Under the pieces are notes generated by a model that did not search any database, was not told where the DNA came from, and saw only the letters and a list, made by a program, of their open reading frames with translations. A stretch of 64,000 nucleotides of DNA, taken from the NCBI GenBank assembly GCA_030248215.1, contig JASANG010003092.1, forward strand, positions 372,001 to 436,000. Reading direction: 5' to 3'. The stretch is from Enoplolaimus lenunculus. Its lineage: Eukaryota. Made by a program: the position numbers and the translations under genes. Below are positions 26,801 through 52,278 of this stretch, piece after piece. The stretch's first letter is position 1. Each line of letters begins with the position of its first letter.

Positions 26801-28649
26801 TGTAATGAGTATACGGATAAAGTATATCCGGCTATGTATTTTAACTATAAAGATGGATTTCTTCAAACTTTGAGTCGTAAGCAATGTATTTTGCTCACGT
26901 TGCTAACTGTAGAAAGCAAATGTTATTTGAGGACTTGAGGTACTTAAAGGACAGATACCTTTGCAATGAGTCTTCACTCATTCGTTCAGTCATTGTTCTG
27001 CTGTTGGCCTTTAGTCACTGCCTTTTGTTTTGGGTTCCCCACAAAGAATTTGATTTACTAATCAGTGATCACTCTACGCGTGCAACTCTGCTCAATGGAA
27101 ACTCGTTCTGCTCTGGTGTAGTCAACAATGCAGTAGTGGATTTGAATCAGTTGGCAAGCCGGTTGTCCGATCTCGCAGAATTGGATGTGTTTAATAAAAA
27201 AACCATTCTTGAACCTGATTTCCTTTACGCCGGTTGGAAATTCGACTATGTTCCAAACACTAGTGACCGTTTTGCACGGAGTGCGCATATGTGGTGCGAT
27301 ATCACGCGTCATTATGTTACAACCGAAATTTGTAACGAGATCTGGCAATTGGCCGGTGTTAAAGAGTTAATGTGGTAAGAAAACTAGGCGTGAGCTCTTG
27401 ATAATTTGATTTATGTCAATTTGTTTCGAGGAATCATACGACAAATCGTGTGAAGCGCCTTTCTTGACCATGCCAATTAACCCAAGGTTTTGTGTTTTAA
27501 TTTTACCGGGTTGCATAGTCTGTTATATAATCAATAATTTCAACTGAAATCTCAACATTCTTGTGTTTTGCAATACAAACAATTCAAGGGTCGAATGGTG
27601 CCTCATAATTCGGTTTGAAGTATTATGGAACGTAGATTTATACTTGCATCTTGGCAAAGGCGGCTGTTGTTGCGTATACCTGTCGAAAACAACCCTGAAA
27701 GTTGTGTTTTGGACCCTGAAAACCCGAAAAATGTGTCAGTATTACTCAAACTAATGTTGTAGTGTCGTACTTCCTTACTTTCGTATTCGTGTATGTCGTG
27801 TACACAAAACTTTGGTTTCCTTACAGATATTTATATCTGTTGATTTACCATCATTTTAAGCAACTTAATAATATATTATCGATTAACCAATTATATTTTA
27901 GCAGTCCTTTGTCTTGTACAGAAGTTCAACGTAGACGAAGTCTTGTTTCTGACCAATCGCTTCGAAAAGCTGTAGAGAATGTATTTTTGTCTTCGACAAG
28001 CATCAGATCTTTAGCGACCGATTGTCTACCTTTCATATGGGCAATGGGGCATTGTCAAGAAGTGACGAGAATATCGCAAGACAAACGCAGGTATTTGCTT
28101 AGCCAGAGTTCGTCAACTCGTTAGCATTATGTTATTTTGTTAGGGTGTTTTTGATATTTTTAATAGTAAATAACTCATAGCTGGCTTATTCTTGTAACTT
28201 TTTGTTGTAAATAAACGTTACTATGCAGCGATTTGTTTTAGTAAAAAAATTTTAACGTTTTTTGATCAGCAATATGCATTCCGGTCGGCTCGGCGATTTT
28301 TAACGTTATGCAAGAGTGCTACGCAGTGTGTAACAGTATATGTGTATCCGTAAAAAATCAGTGTCCGTTTGCGTCATCTAAATAAAAATTTCGTTGTTTT
28401 TAAGGTAACCGTAGTTGTAATAAGTTAATCATTCAGCGTTCGGTTGTTTAGACTGATATTGGCAAACGTTTCGAACGCAAAACTTTGCTGCTTCATACTT
28501 GAATAATACTATTTTCGTACATAAACGTAATTTTAATGTTAGCGTGTTCTTTTTCTAGGTTTCTCCACTATTTCGACAAACTGCAGATTGATCCATACAA
28601 CGTGTTGAAAGAAAGTACTGTGTCTTCGCAGTTTATCCTTAAAGCATGA
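6662..28649 (+). CDS. ATAD5: ATAD5/ELG1, large subunit of the PCNA-unloading RFC-like complex (AAA+ ATPase), >20 exons
   Basis: Exons read: 6662-7485, 10979-11872, 14227-14332, 16768-16827, 17333-17395, 18237-18341, 18735-19635, 20046-20260, 20640-20945, 22431-22598, 23264-23412, 23552-23678, 24425-24595, 25259-25314, 25610-25703, 25987-26057, 26244-26408, 27902-28090, 28559-28649. Small exons at ~21250-22140 and ~26770-27375 are not fully resolved. Motifs: APTNSKQIMGNYSAVKTVSNWLREWK; Walker A INTMLLRGHTGSGKTALVQALAAEFGFK-VMEINTSSARC..THSH; Walker B SVILIEDVDIVFSCDESFW..SRVPIILTS; C-terminal DCLPF...DKRRFLHYFD, typical of ATAD5. The start codon is not certain. Confidence 0.88.
7751..8997. mobile_element. 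Two Helentron-associated (HINE/DINE-1-like) elements joined as an inverted pair
   Basis: Left arm GCGAAGCGTTTTATGTTTTGTAC..GTCCGTCCGTCCGTCTG..ACCGATTTTGATAAA followed by tandem units. The right arm is its reverse complement (ends GTACAAAACATAAAGCGCTTCGCG). Junction at ~8315. Confidence 0.8.
9345..10565 (+). mobile_element. 5'-truncated HINE-like element with central tandem repeats
   Basis: Same tandem unit as 7751 and 12670; 3' end GGGCTTCGCTC..GTAGTTCTGCTACGACTGGT (subTIR plus short hairpin). Confidence 0.7.
9926..10304. mobile_element. hAT-like MITE nested in a Helentron-like element
   Basis: Near-identical to 5389-5773; TSD ATTTCATT/ATTTCAGT; it interrupts the tandem unit of the 9345-10565 element. 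Confidence 0.88.
12670..13733 (+). mobile_element. Full-length HINE/DINE-like element with about 6 central tandem units
   Basis: 5' subTIR GAGCGAAGC, GTCC/GTCT microsatellite, ~140-175-bp tandem units, 3' GCTTCGCT subTIR then GTAGTCGCAACTGGTATT. Confidence 0.8.
13921..14123. mobile_element. hAT-like MITE, second subfamily
   Basis: CAGGGTGCAACCGGAATT..CCGGTTGCACTCTG with perfect TSD GAGACAGC; related longer copy at ~30790-31190. Confidence 0.85.
14772..14840. repeat. (TA)n microsatellite
   Basis: Uninterrupted TA run in ATAD5 intron 3. Confidence 0.95.
17521..17922 (+). mobile_element. Short HINE-like element with one central unit
   Basis: GAGCGAAGC..GAAGCGTTTTATGTTTTGTAC..CCGTCCGTC..; 3' GAGCTTCG..GTAGTTCCATTACGACTGGTATT. 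Confidence 0.78.
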
Positions 28650-29366
28650 TGGCATTACTCTTAACTGCTGTTTAGTCCGTTCTTGGTTGGATTTTGAGGG
28701 ACATATTTAATGATGTAGAAACAAGGACATCGTGAGTGTGTAAACGGATAGAAACAATAACGGAACCGATGATTTATTTTTCTGCCAACAAAGTTGATCT
28801 TTGCAAATACCTAGGATTTCGGATGAATTTGCCTGTTTAATTTCATGTCGAAAATTGCGAGATACATATATGCGTGATTTATAACTAATATTGAGCATAA
28901 TAATAAAAATAACAGCGGAATTTTTGGTGGAAATCGACACCGATTTTACGGAAACGGATATGCGTTTACACCCTGTTATTATTTTAAAGAATAGTTATTG
29001 ATAAGATAGTATATACCTGGGGAAATTTTCTCCGTATATTAATTGCAATGGTGACGAAATACATTCAGTTCAAGCATAAAAGATTAAAACTTGTTGCAGT
29101 TTATTTAAATTGAACCGGTCGATTGTATATACTATTTGCATATATTTTGTGAACCCTTTCTTTTCCACTCAAAAACGTTACAAAAATGGTTTGTAATAAA
29201 AAATACTTTCAATTTTGGTGTTGTTGAAATCATTTGGGTGTGTATGTATGAAATATTTTGTCTTAACTTTAAATTGTTGTTCGTTTAATCTTAAAGAGCG
29301 AAATAACACTATACAATGTGGGACTATTTTTCTGCAGGGCATAATGGGCCCTCACGGTATATCCGG

Positions 29367-29706
29367 CAGGGTGTAACCGGAGGTGAAAAATACCGGAGTT
29401 GGAGCCGAAGGTCACCGAAACTTGCCGGAGCAGCAGGTGAGGCGAAATTAGCTTGTAAAAATGATGGTTAATTTCAGCCAATATCTGTAATATGTAGTTA
29501 AGTTGTTTGGTTTTTACGCTAATTTTCTGCGAAGTTTTTGAAATTCTGTCCTCAAACTTGTGACAAAAGTAAAACGCAATGCACTAAACAGATAAATTTT
29601 TGCAAAATTTTACTACTGAAATTGCCGGAACCTCTGGCAAAAATTCTACCGGAGCCGGAGGCCAATTTTCTGCCGGAGCCAGAGGTAGCCCTCCGGCTGT
29701 ACCGTG
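29367..29706. mobile_element. hAT-like MITE, third subfamily (CAGGGTGYAACCGGAGG)
   Basis: TSD ATATCCGG/ACATCCGG. Relatives at 29862-30107 (inverted), ~42848-43246, ~57490-57830, 58088-58413. Confidence 0.8.
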
Positions 29707-30135
29707 ACATCCGGTGATTCGGCTTCGAGAAAAGATCAACTTCCGGTGTCGCATGAAAAACTGACACCCGGGAATAATTTCATGAGGGTTCGATTTTCAC
29801 AGGACGGTCGTGTGAAAAGTGACTTCCATTAAAAAGATTCTAATCAGTTTTACACAACTGTCAGGTGTACAACTGGATGTCCGACTCCGGCAGACAGCGC
29901 ATTCCGTTTTGCGTCCCAATTTTCAGGAAAGAACTTCCGAAATTTCACAGAAAATTAGCGTAAAACCAAACAACTTAATAACATATTGCAGATATTGGCT
30001 AAAATTAATTAACCATCATTTTTACTACCTAATTTCGTTTCACGTCCGGCTCCGGCAAGGTTCGTTGACCTCCGATTGCGGTATTTTTCACCTCCGGTTG
30101 CACCCTGAAACTGTACTTCCTCCACGTTTGTTTAC

Positions 30136-30290
30136 GGCCCATGTATAGAACAGGGCCGGAACAGTCGTATAAGCATATTCCCAAGCCTAAAGCCTAAACG
30201 TTAAAGCATGAGCTGATTCCTAAGCCTAAGCAAAAAATTTAGTCTAAAGGTAAACCAACTCTATTCTGGGCCCGCACATACAGATGCCAC
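30136..30290 (+). mobile_element. Telomere-repeat MITE, type A, right end degenerate
   Basis: GGCCCATGTATAGAACAGGGCCGGAACAGTCGTATAAGCATATTCCCAAGCCTAA..., colinear with the 46182 copy. Confidence 0.75.
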
Positions 30291-31351
30291 TTTGTAAATA
30301 CGTTATGAAAAGGACAGCTGTTTTGTACTGAATCTGTTAGAAGGACATTCAGTTATTGCACAACACAAAGTCTATCCGAAGGGAGTCTGTTAAGCGATTA
30401 TACAGAGTCTGTGCGAACGAACCCTTATTGTCCAACACTGTGTCCAAGCAGTGGCCACAACAGGCTATGTAGATATGCCCTCTGCAAAGCCAAATATCCC
30501 AAACTTGCAAACAAGTGAGTCGACAATTGTTTTATCATGGACAGTATAACGTGGATGACCCATTAATTATTAAGGTAATTTATGTTCAACAAAAAATTTA
30601 CTGGAAAATTCAAAACAAACGCATGGCGTAGCCAGGATTTTGTTTTCGGGTTCACATCGCTTAACTATTAAAAGTGGTGCTTTACATGTGCATTTTATTC
30701 CTGTGGCGTGTTATAACAAATCAGGAAGGCGTTGCCAAACCCAAATAAACTTTAAAGATTTATAATGTTAGCGACTGTGAAACTATTACCAGGACGAAAC
30801 AGGAATTCCGGTAGGGAAATCCGGTATTTTTCACAAAGGTTCCGGTGATAAACCTGGTATTTTTTCACTGGAATTTTCCGGTATTTTCGGTATTGAAAAT
30901 TTTTCTCAATTGAAAACGTAAGAAAAATTGGCATATTAATATTCTAACATTTCACTAAAATTGTCCGAGCGTGTATTGCCAAATGCGCCATGCTCCATGA
31001 TTTATCATGTTTCCATCCACCTACTGCATTTGTTTCAGGATTTTGGGTTAATGTGTGTTTACAGCATTAAACGCAATAAAATAGCGTTAAAACTAAATTT
31101 TTTGGCAACAGTATTTTTTATTTTTCGTTTCCGGTATTTTTTCAACTTTCTGGTTCCGGTTTGGTATTTCATAATTCCGGTTGCATCCTGACTATTACAT
31201 ATTTCAACATCACTTTACGAAACAGGGGCGTGGCTAGCGTTGCCTTCCCCCAAAATACAAATTCAGGCCCTTTTGCAATGGCAAATCAAGAATTTTTTGG
31301 TGGGCATTCGAGGTGGCCATAGTATACTCGCCAGATCTAGTACCGAGGACG

Positions 31352-31578
31352 ACCGAGACAGTAAGACAGGCGCGACAGCTAGGACAGCAGGGACATCTAG
31401 GACAGTGGGGATGGACAGCTGGGACAACGGGGGCAGCTGGAACAGCGGGGACTGCTGAGACAGCTGGAAAAGCGGGGACAGATGGGACAGCTGGGATAGC
31501 GGGGACAGCTTGGACAGTCAGGGCAGCCGGGTGTACGGGACAGCTTGGACAACGGGACAGCCTAGACAGCGGGACAAT
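31352..31578 (+). repeat. ~9-bp GGGACAGCN minisatellite
   Basis: Repeated (G)GGACAGC(T/G/A) units. Confidence 0.85.
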
Positions 31579-31579
31579 G

Positions 31580-31800
31580 AGGCTAAACTTAAACCTAAGC
31601 CGTAAGCCTGAGCCAAAATCAAAACATAAGCTTACGCTCTAGATCTAAGCCAAAGCTTTGAAACGTGAACTTGCGTCAGAGCCAACACCTAGGCCTAAGC
31701 GTAAGCCTAAGCCAAAGCCTAAGCCCAAGTCTAAGCCTTACCCGAAGTCCTAAGAATAACCTAAACCTAGCCTGCACCTTAAACGCACAGGCCTAACCCC
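31580..31800 (+). repeat. Degenerate interstitial telomeric array (GCCTAA)n
   Basis: ~6-bp periodicity, e.g. GCCTAAGCGTAAGCCTAAGCCAAAGCCTAAGCCCAAGTCTAAGCC. Confidence 0.75.
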
Positions 31801-32456
31801 TTTACTGTGTATTATAACGATATGTATATAATACATTATAAATTTTAAATCGAAGATTTGACATAACGATATAAAAATAAAAACCATATATGTACATAGG
31901 CATGAACACATTAAAGCAGCAAAGCCTTACATTAAAATTAAAAGTAACTCTGTGTATCGTTGCCGATTGCACAAAGTATTAAAGCTCTGAACAAACGCGC
32001 AACGGTGACATTTGAGCATTATATATAGCAACTGCTTTTTAAACGCTCAAAATATTGGCTTTTTACACCCCCAGGCTCGATTCTCAGATATATGACCCGA
32101 ATCTATTTTTGAGTCAAGCGCCAGCCAAATTTGCTGGGATCGGCCCTCCAATGCCCCCCGTTTGGACGCCTTTGTAACAATATACTTGCTTTGGGAAACG
32201 GAAAAATGGCGAGCAACATATTTTCGCAGGAAATACGGAAAAAAGGGTCAACAATATTTTTTGTTGAGATCCATTATAACAGGGGGTTACTGCCCCCTGT
32301 ACCTCCCGCACTTGGAAAAACCCTTAAGCAGGACGGGGGTTTCTGCTCCCCAAGCTCCCCGCACTGGGCGATAACCAAACCAAAATAATAACAACAACAA
32401 ATTTTAATAATTTTCACGTATGCACAAACAGGAGAAGCAATGCTGTTCTGGCACTA

Positions 32457-32945
32457 TTGGTGTCCCGCGGGAAAACGGGACGCTTAGGGCCGTCCCGGCT
32501 GTCCCACTGTCTCAGCTGTCAACGGTGTGCCAGCTGCCCTCGCTATCGCAGCTGTAGCTGCTGAACCCACTGTCCCAGCTGTCCCATTTGTTCCAGCTGT
32601 CCCCGCAGTCCCACTGTCCCCGCTGTTCCCATCCTGCTGTTCCAACTGCCCCTACTGTACAACTGTATCGTTGTCCCGCTGTGCCAGCTCTCTCGTTGTC
32701 CCAACTATCCCGCTGTTCCAACTGTCCAGCTGTCCCGACTATCCCAACAGTTATGCTGTCTCAACTGCCCCAACTGTGAGACTCAGTCCAACTGCGCCGC
32801 TGTCCAAACTGTCCCGCTGTCCAAACTGTCCCGCTGCCCTAACTGTTCTAAATGTCCCGCCATTCCAACTGCCCAACTGTCCTGCTGTCCCAACTGTCCC
32901 GCTATCCCAACTGACCCACTGTCCCAATTGTTCCAACTGTCCACA
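32457..32945 (-). repeat. ~9-bp GCTGTCCC minisatellite (inverse of 31352-31578)
   Basis: Repeated (A/G)CTGTCCC(A/G) units; produces spurious ORFs on both strands. Confidence 0.85.
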
Positions 32946-33427
32946 GGTCTCTGTCCTAATTTATATATTTTTTGTTGTGTGTATACCTGGTGCATTGCTG
33001 TCCGGAAAACTAAGACAGACTTTAAGTAAATTCTGTTATTTTTACGCTCAAAATTCGTTATGAATCTGGTATATATCACAAAATTTTTTTATTACAGACA
33101 GGCTGCAATTATTTGAAATTGACTTCCAGCTCGAAATTTACAGTATAGGTTTAAAAATGCATGACTCAAAGCGGAATCTTGACGTAGGGTTTGGCAGATA
33201 TCGCATCGGACTGTGTCATTTCTCTGCGTCTAGCCTATATTGTGAACTGTGTAGCACCTCGCCAGTTAGAAATGGGTCTTGTACTTGTGAATCAAAGACT
33301 GATGTTCCTAGGTTGTGAGTTGCAGAAACTAAGTACTCGACGTAGTTTTGAATTATAGGTGGAAGGTGTTAAACAGGCAATATTGTAGGAGTTCATCAGT
33401 TTAATAAACTGTCGCTAACTGATGATA

Positions 33428-33605
33428 GGACCTATACGCCGGTAGCATGAAGCATATTCGTAAACCTAGCCTTACGTATGTGCATGAATAAACCTATACC
33501 TAAGCGTAAACCTAAGCCTTAGTTTAAGTAAAATATATTTTTAAAACAAACTTAATTTAAGTCAGCCTTGCAGAAAACTTTTCGCTCCTTATCTATACAT
33601 AGGCC
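33428..33605 (+). mobile_element. Degenerate telomere-repeat MITE about 290 bp upstream of the ADH5 start
   Basis: AAGCATATTC..CCTAAGCGTAAACCTAAGCC interior and right end CTATACATAGGCC. Confidence 0.55.
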
Positions 33606-33893
33606 AGCTTTATTATATATTTCTGAGTGTACCAGAAATTATGTAGCTAGTGCTATGTGGTCGATCGTAAAAAAACTTGAAGTGTCATTGCAATGTTTTC
33701 ATCTCTTAATATCAAATTTAAATGCTTTAAAACATGAAGGATTTAGATAATTGTACTAAGACACCAATTAGGCTAGATAGGCAGCATATTTAGTATTTGC
33801 AAACTGAAGCTTGTTTTCCAGGGTTATATGTATAAAATATTAATACGAAAATCAACTCTCAGTGGACCATTCAAGCTAACGCAAATATAAACA

Positions 33894-39130
<5,237 letters not shown>

Positions 39131-39202
39131 AGCCTTGCCGGATAGCCTATCCGTATACTGCTCAAGATTTTTCTTTTTGAAATAGTTCAATTTTGTATTA
39201 TG

Positions 39203-40206
39203 CAAGGTTCACATTAATAAATTTTGCTGTGCCACCGGGGATGACATGAGGTAGGGTTAACAAGTGGCAATTTTAAAAATTGCCACTCGTTAACCCTACC
39301 TTACCACAAATTGTACAATAAACATATATGTATAATATAAGTAATAAATTTTTAAACTTTGACAACTTAAATGGTAATTAATTTTAATGGAGGTCCAAAT
39401 GCGAGCGTTAACCCTACCGTATAACAAGTTTGTGGCAATGAATTCGGGAGAAGCCTCTGAAAATAGACATAGGCTCATCCATACGCTAGGCTTAGGCTTA
39501 GATTAAGGCTTATGAATATGCTTATACTACTTTTCGGCCCTACATGGGCCGTTACAGCCATATTCTCTATTAATTAACTTTCACAAAGTTTATGTCCTCC
39601 CGAAATAAAATATATACTGGCCAATCATGAGTCCATTAAAAAACTTGCACGTACGTTTATGTCCTTCCGAAATAAAATATATACTGGCCATACTTTATAC
39701 AAAGTTATGCCCTTAAGCTTACGGTTATGAATATGCATAACGCTTCGGACTACGCTTATACTACACTGGCCATGCTTTATACAAAGTTATCCATGTTCAG
39801 AGGCTTCTCCCCGAATTCACTGCCACAAATAATATACATAAGTAATTAAATGTGCACGCATTTTAGTTCAGTGATTAATTGCCAGTTATAAAACTTAATT
39901 TAAGATGTACACACATAACAATTTGTGTGTAATCAATATAACAATATATAAGCGCAAAATTTGCGTTAACCCTACCCTATGTCGTGCCACAAAAATTTTT
40001 GTGACACGACATAGGGTAGGGTTATATTGAAAATTTGTGGTAAGGTAGGGTTACCGAGTGGCAATGTGACACGACATAGGGTAGGGTTATATTGAAAATT
40101 TGTGGTAAGGTAGGGTTACCGAGTGGCAATTTTTAAAATTGCCACTTGTTAACCCTACCTCATGTCATCCCCGGTTGCACAGCAAAATTTATTAATGTGA
40201 ACCTTG
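39203..40206. mobile_element. ~1-kb non-autonomous fold-back element with ~110-bp TIRs
   Basis: CAAGGTTCACATTAATAAATTTTGCTGTGC..CCTTACCACAAATT recurs in reverse complement at 40096-40206 with about 2 mismatches. The TSD reads either as TATTATG/CATTATG (7 bp) or as TTA if the TIR starts at TGCAAGG. Confidence 0.85.
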
Positions 40207-41673
40207 CATTATGATCATTCTTGTATTATGAAAGGTTTGGTGGGTACGAATCTATTTCGGTTAGCCGGCCGGTTTAATAATGGAAGCCTCAAATATATTA
40301 CTGGATATGAAATTTTTCAATCATGAACAGAGAAGATAACCAGCAGAGTAATAATTCGTCATGGCTTGATAAAACTGTCCATAGGGCCTGTTCACTAAGC
40401 CTAAACCAATCAGTCTCTATGTCGGCAAGTCTCACTGCCGGCATACCTCAATAATTGACATATGCCGTGAGTGCAATTACGAAAGGGTCTTTCAAATTAT
40501 ATTGTGGAATTTTTGTGATAAATTATTGTGATCATTTTAACGCGAAATAGTCTGGTTGTAGGCTTTTGGTCACAGTGATTTAACCGGACGCCTACTATCA
40601 AATTTCACGGGCCATGATGCACTTTGTCATCATTATAGATGGGTGCCGTATATCCGGATATGAAAAATATCAGTATATGTATCCGGAAATCCGCTGGATA
40701 TTCGAAATGTTGTGTAAAATTTGTTGGAATAGTTTGCATCGTTTCAGCATTAAAATATCTGGAGCTGACATAAAGAAATTCTGTATTCAAAGCTCAATCA
40801 GAATATTAAACTAAATTCTTGACAATGCAGATTCTGTTTTTTCGGGTATATTGTTTGTAAAATTTGGAGCTTTTTGACTTCGGTCTTTGACTCCATGTCT
40901 TTAATTCCAGATTTTTATTTGTTAAATTTTTCAAAAATATGGGTTTTAAATGTTTCAAACTTAAAAGATTATACAACCTAATATACGTCTACGACGTAAA
41001 CTTACGTTGGTGGGAGCCTTAGCTCAACCCAAAAAACCCTTGGATGTTGATTTATATACGCTTTTAAGGATATATAAATGGAGCAACTTTTTTACAGACA
41101 TAAAAAAATCAAAAAATTAACTCTTGAATATAAGACTATTTCTTGAAAGGAATAAATTTATTGTAAGTTGGAACACGAATTTCTGAACAGTTTAAGACTA
41201 TTAATGTTTGAAATACCAAAAATGTACATATGTCTTTAAATTTTAAGAAAGTGGGATTCTTGAAATTTCAAGATAATAGCAATGTAGCAACCAAACATAT
41301 TCCTAAATATAAGCCTCAGCGTAAGAAACACAATTCTAAAACAAAGCTTAAGCCCAAGCTCAAAAATTCTCTCAAATTTAAGCTTCACGCATTAGCGGAT
41401 TCAGAGGTGGGCGGGCGAAAGTATGCACCCCGCCATGATAGAACGATACGTAAGGTACCTACCTTAAAATTCTTCCCCTCAGAATGTTACTCATGTATAT
41501 ATAGTTCGAGGGAAGGGCGACACTCGATAGAATCTGTTGCAGTGGTTTAAATCAGACAGCGACAAACTAAATCAACTCAATTTCGTGTGGCCAACGCAAT
41601 TATTTATATAGCCAGTAGCAATCCTCTACACCGAATACCCAGCACTATTGAAGCAGTTGCATAATAATAACTA

Positions 41674-42084
41674 CTAGTAATCCGACTTCGCGCAATGCGC
41701 AAAGGTTCTAAATAGCAAAACATAATTGGACAGCTGCGTTATGGTCACTCATTTGCAAAGAGCCCATTGGGGCTCAGCCCTATAAAGAAATTCTGGACCG
41801 TCAGAAAAATTAGAATTTTACTTTTAAGTCAAGCGAACTTCCAGAATGCTTTAGAGCCCTTATCACATTTAACTGGTTAATACGGGACTGCTGCGATGGT
41901 AAGTAATCTATCTAGACACTGATTAAACATAGCATACTATATAAAGCAGATACAGAAAACGATATATGCAAATTTTGTTCTTTTATAGAAGAAATATGTT
42001 TGTGTATCTAAAATTTGTAAACATAGTAATGCTGGAAAATTGCCCAAAATACGTATGTGGGGAGTTCCAGCTTTAATATATAGA
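41674..42084 (-). mobile_element. Non-autonomous Helitron
   Basis: The minus strand reads A|TCTATATATTAAAG... and ends in a GCGCATTGCGC hairpin ~12 nt before CTAG|T. These are canonical 5'-TC/CTAG-3' ends in an AT target with no TSD. Confidence 0.7.
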
Positions 42085-43249
42085 TTTTTAGAATTGTATG
42101 TTTTACGCTAATAACAATAGGCTGTGAGTCGGGGTACATCCTTTGAGCAGCAAATTAAAACAAGTGCTTAAGAAACGAAAAATGAGGCTTGGACACCCAA
42201 AAAAAACGTAAAATCCAGTTTCGGATATTCGAAATAGAAAATTTAATTTCTGATATCCGGATAAATATCCGACAAAAATTGCGGTTATCGTGCTATGAAA
42301 AAATATTTGATGTACATCTATGTTTAAATACCTCATCGATTCGTCGGCGGCTTCAAATATGATAGAATGTCGCTAAAATGTGCCATCCTTTCCTCCTGTG
42401 TTTTATAACCTCCGATTACGCAATGTCCCGCTTGATTTGCTTGTTACGTTATTGTGGTTTTGTCATACCGGTATCTTTTATTAGTTTAAATAGTATATTC
42501 ATTTACAGATTAAATTTTTCTTCTGTTTTGTTACGAGCAGTTATAGACAATGAGACATGACATGTTTATATATTTACTAAAAATAGAAATTAACATCGAA
42601 CTCCTGAATGGGAGTACATATACAAAGTTTCAAGTATCCCACTGCAGGGACAGTTGAACTAGATACTTAATTGTATCCGGGTGTTACTGTTAAGTGGATA
42701 TCAGGGAACAATCGGAGGTCTGCCTCCGGCTTCTGCATATAATCGACTGGCTCCATTAGAATTTTTGACGGAGGTTCCGGCAATTTCGGCAGTGTCATTT
42801 TGTATACTATAAATTGTAACAGCATGGTTCTTGGACGGTAGACAGCTGGGTGCAAGTGGAGGTGAAAAATGCCGGAGCAGGAGGTTAACGAAACTTGCCG
42901 GAACCGGAGATTAACGAAATTTGCCGGAGCCGGAGATGAAGCCAGATGGGAGGGGGAATTATGTAGTTAAAATGATATTTAGTTTGTTAATTTTAGCAAA
43001 TATCTGCAATGCATTGTTAAATTGTTTGACTTTACGTTATTTTTTTACAAAATTTCGGTAATTTTTGCCTCAAACTTGAAACAAAGGTTAAAACAAAACA
43101 CGCCAAACAAATGAATTTTAAAAAACACGCAAAATTTCTCTACAGAAATTGTCGGAGCCTATACGGCAGAAATTCTACAGGAACCGGAGAAAGCCGGAGG
43201 TTGATTTTCTGCCAGAGCCGGTTGGCAGACCTCCGGTTGTACCCTGGTA

Positions 43250-43678
43250 CTGTATTGAGCCGAATAAGAGGGGGGTCCCATTTTGGGTCCGAATCAATAG
43301 GAGTCCGCATCCCTAATAAGAGTCCGCAAGCGGATAGAGTCCCTAAACCCTAATTAGAATCCATAAATGTCAATTAACCCGAATTGTAGCACATAAATGA
43401 CTCCAGGACCAAATAATTTGAGTTCGAAACTTTAAAGCCTACTTAAATTTTGAATATATATTCCTATAAGTATAACCTTTTATTATCACTCAAACTATTG
43501 ATACGAGACAAGTATACGTTTAATTCAACGGATAGTTGCAGTACCGGATATATATCAGTAACGAAGGGCGGCGGAGCGTGGGTTAAAAATAAGTAAAAAT
43601 CCGTAACCGAATAACAAGGGGGGTACCCTCTGGAGAGCCAAATAAATATCAGTCCCCCTCTTATTCGGGTCAATACAG
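43250..43678. mobile_element. Tc1/mariner-superfamily (Tc2/pogo-like) MITE
   Basis: TA-flanked, TIR CTGTATTGAGCCGAATAAGAGGGGG / CCCCCTCTTATTCGGGTCAATACAG. Confidence 0.85.
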
Positions 43679-43835
43679 TAGGCAGGTTTATTTATAAATA
43701 AACTTCTGTTACAGAATAAAACAAAGTTAAATACTTGGTTGGTAGATTTTGACTAAAACTTCATTTCACTACGCTTGTTGATTATATGTCGACTCGGGCA
43801 TGAATTTGAAATTTAAATTCATATAATTTCGTATC

Positions 43836-52278
<8,443 letters not shown>

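Noticed and set aside
32527..33063. 178-aa ORF, its overlapping ORFs, and 31313-31642
   Set aside because: They are translations of the stop-poor 9-bp GGGACAGC minisatellite, open in several frames on both strands.
33064..33318. ~84-codon open frame upstream of ADH5 (and similar sequence at 30300-30520)
   Set aside because: No convincing splice context or family. The minus strand only weakly resembles decayed LINE ORF2 C-termini, too weak to call.
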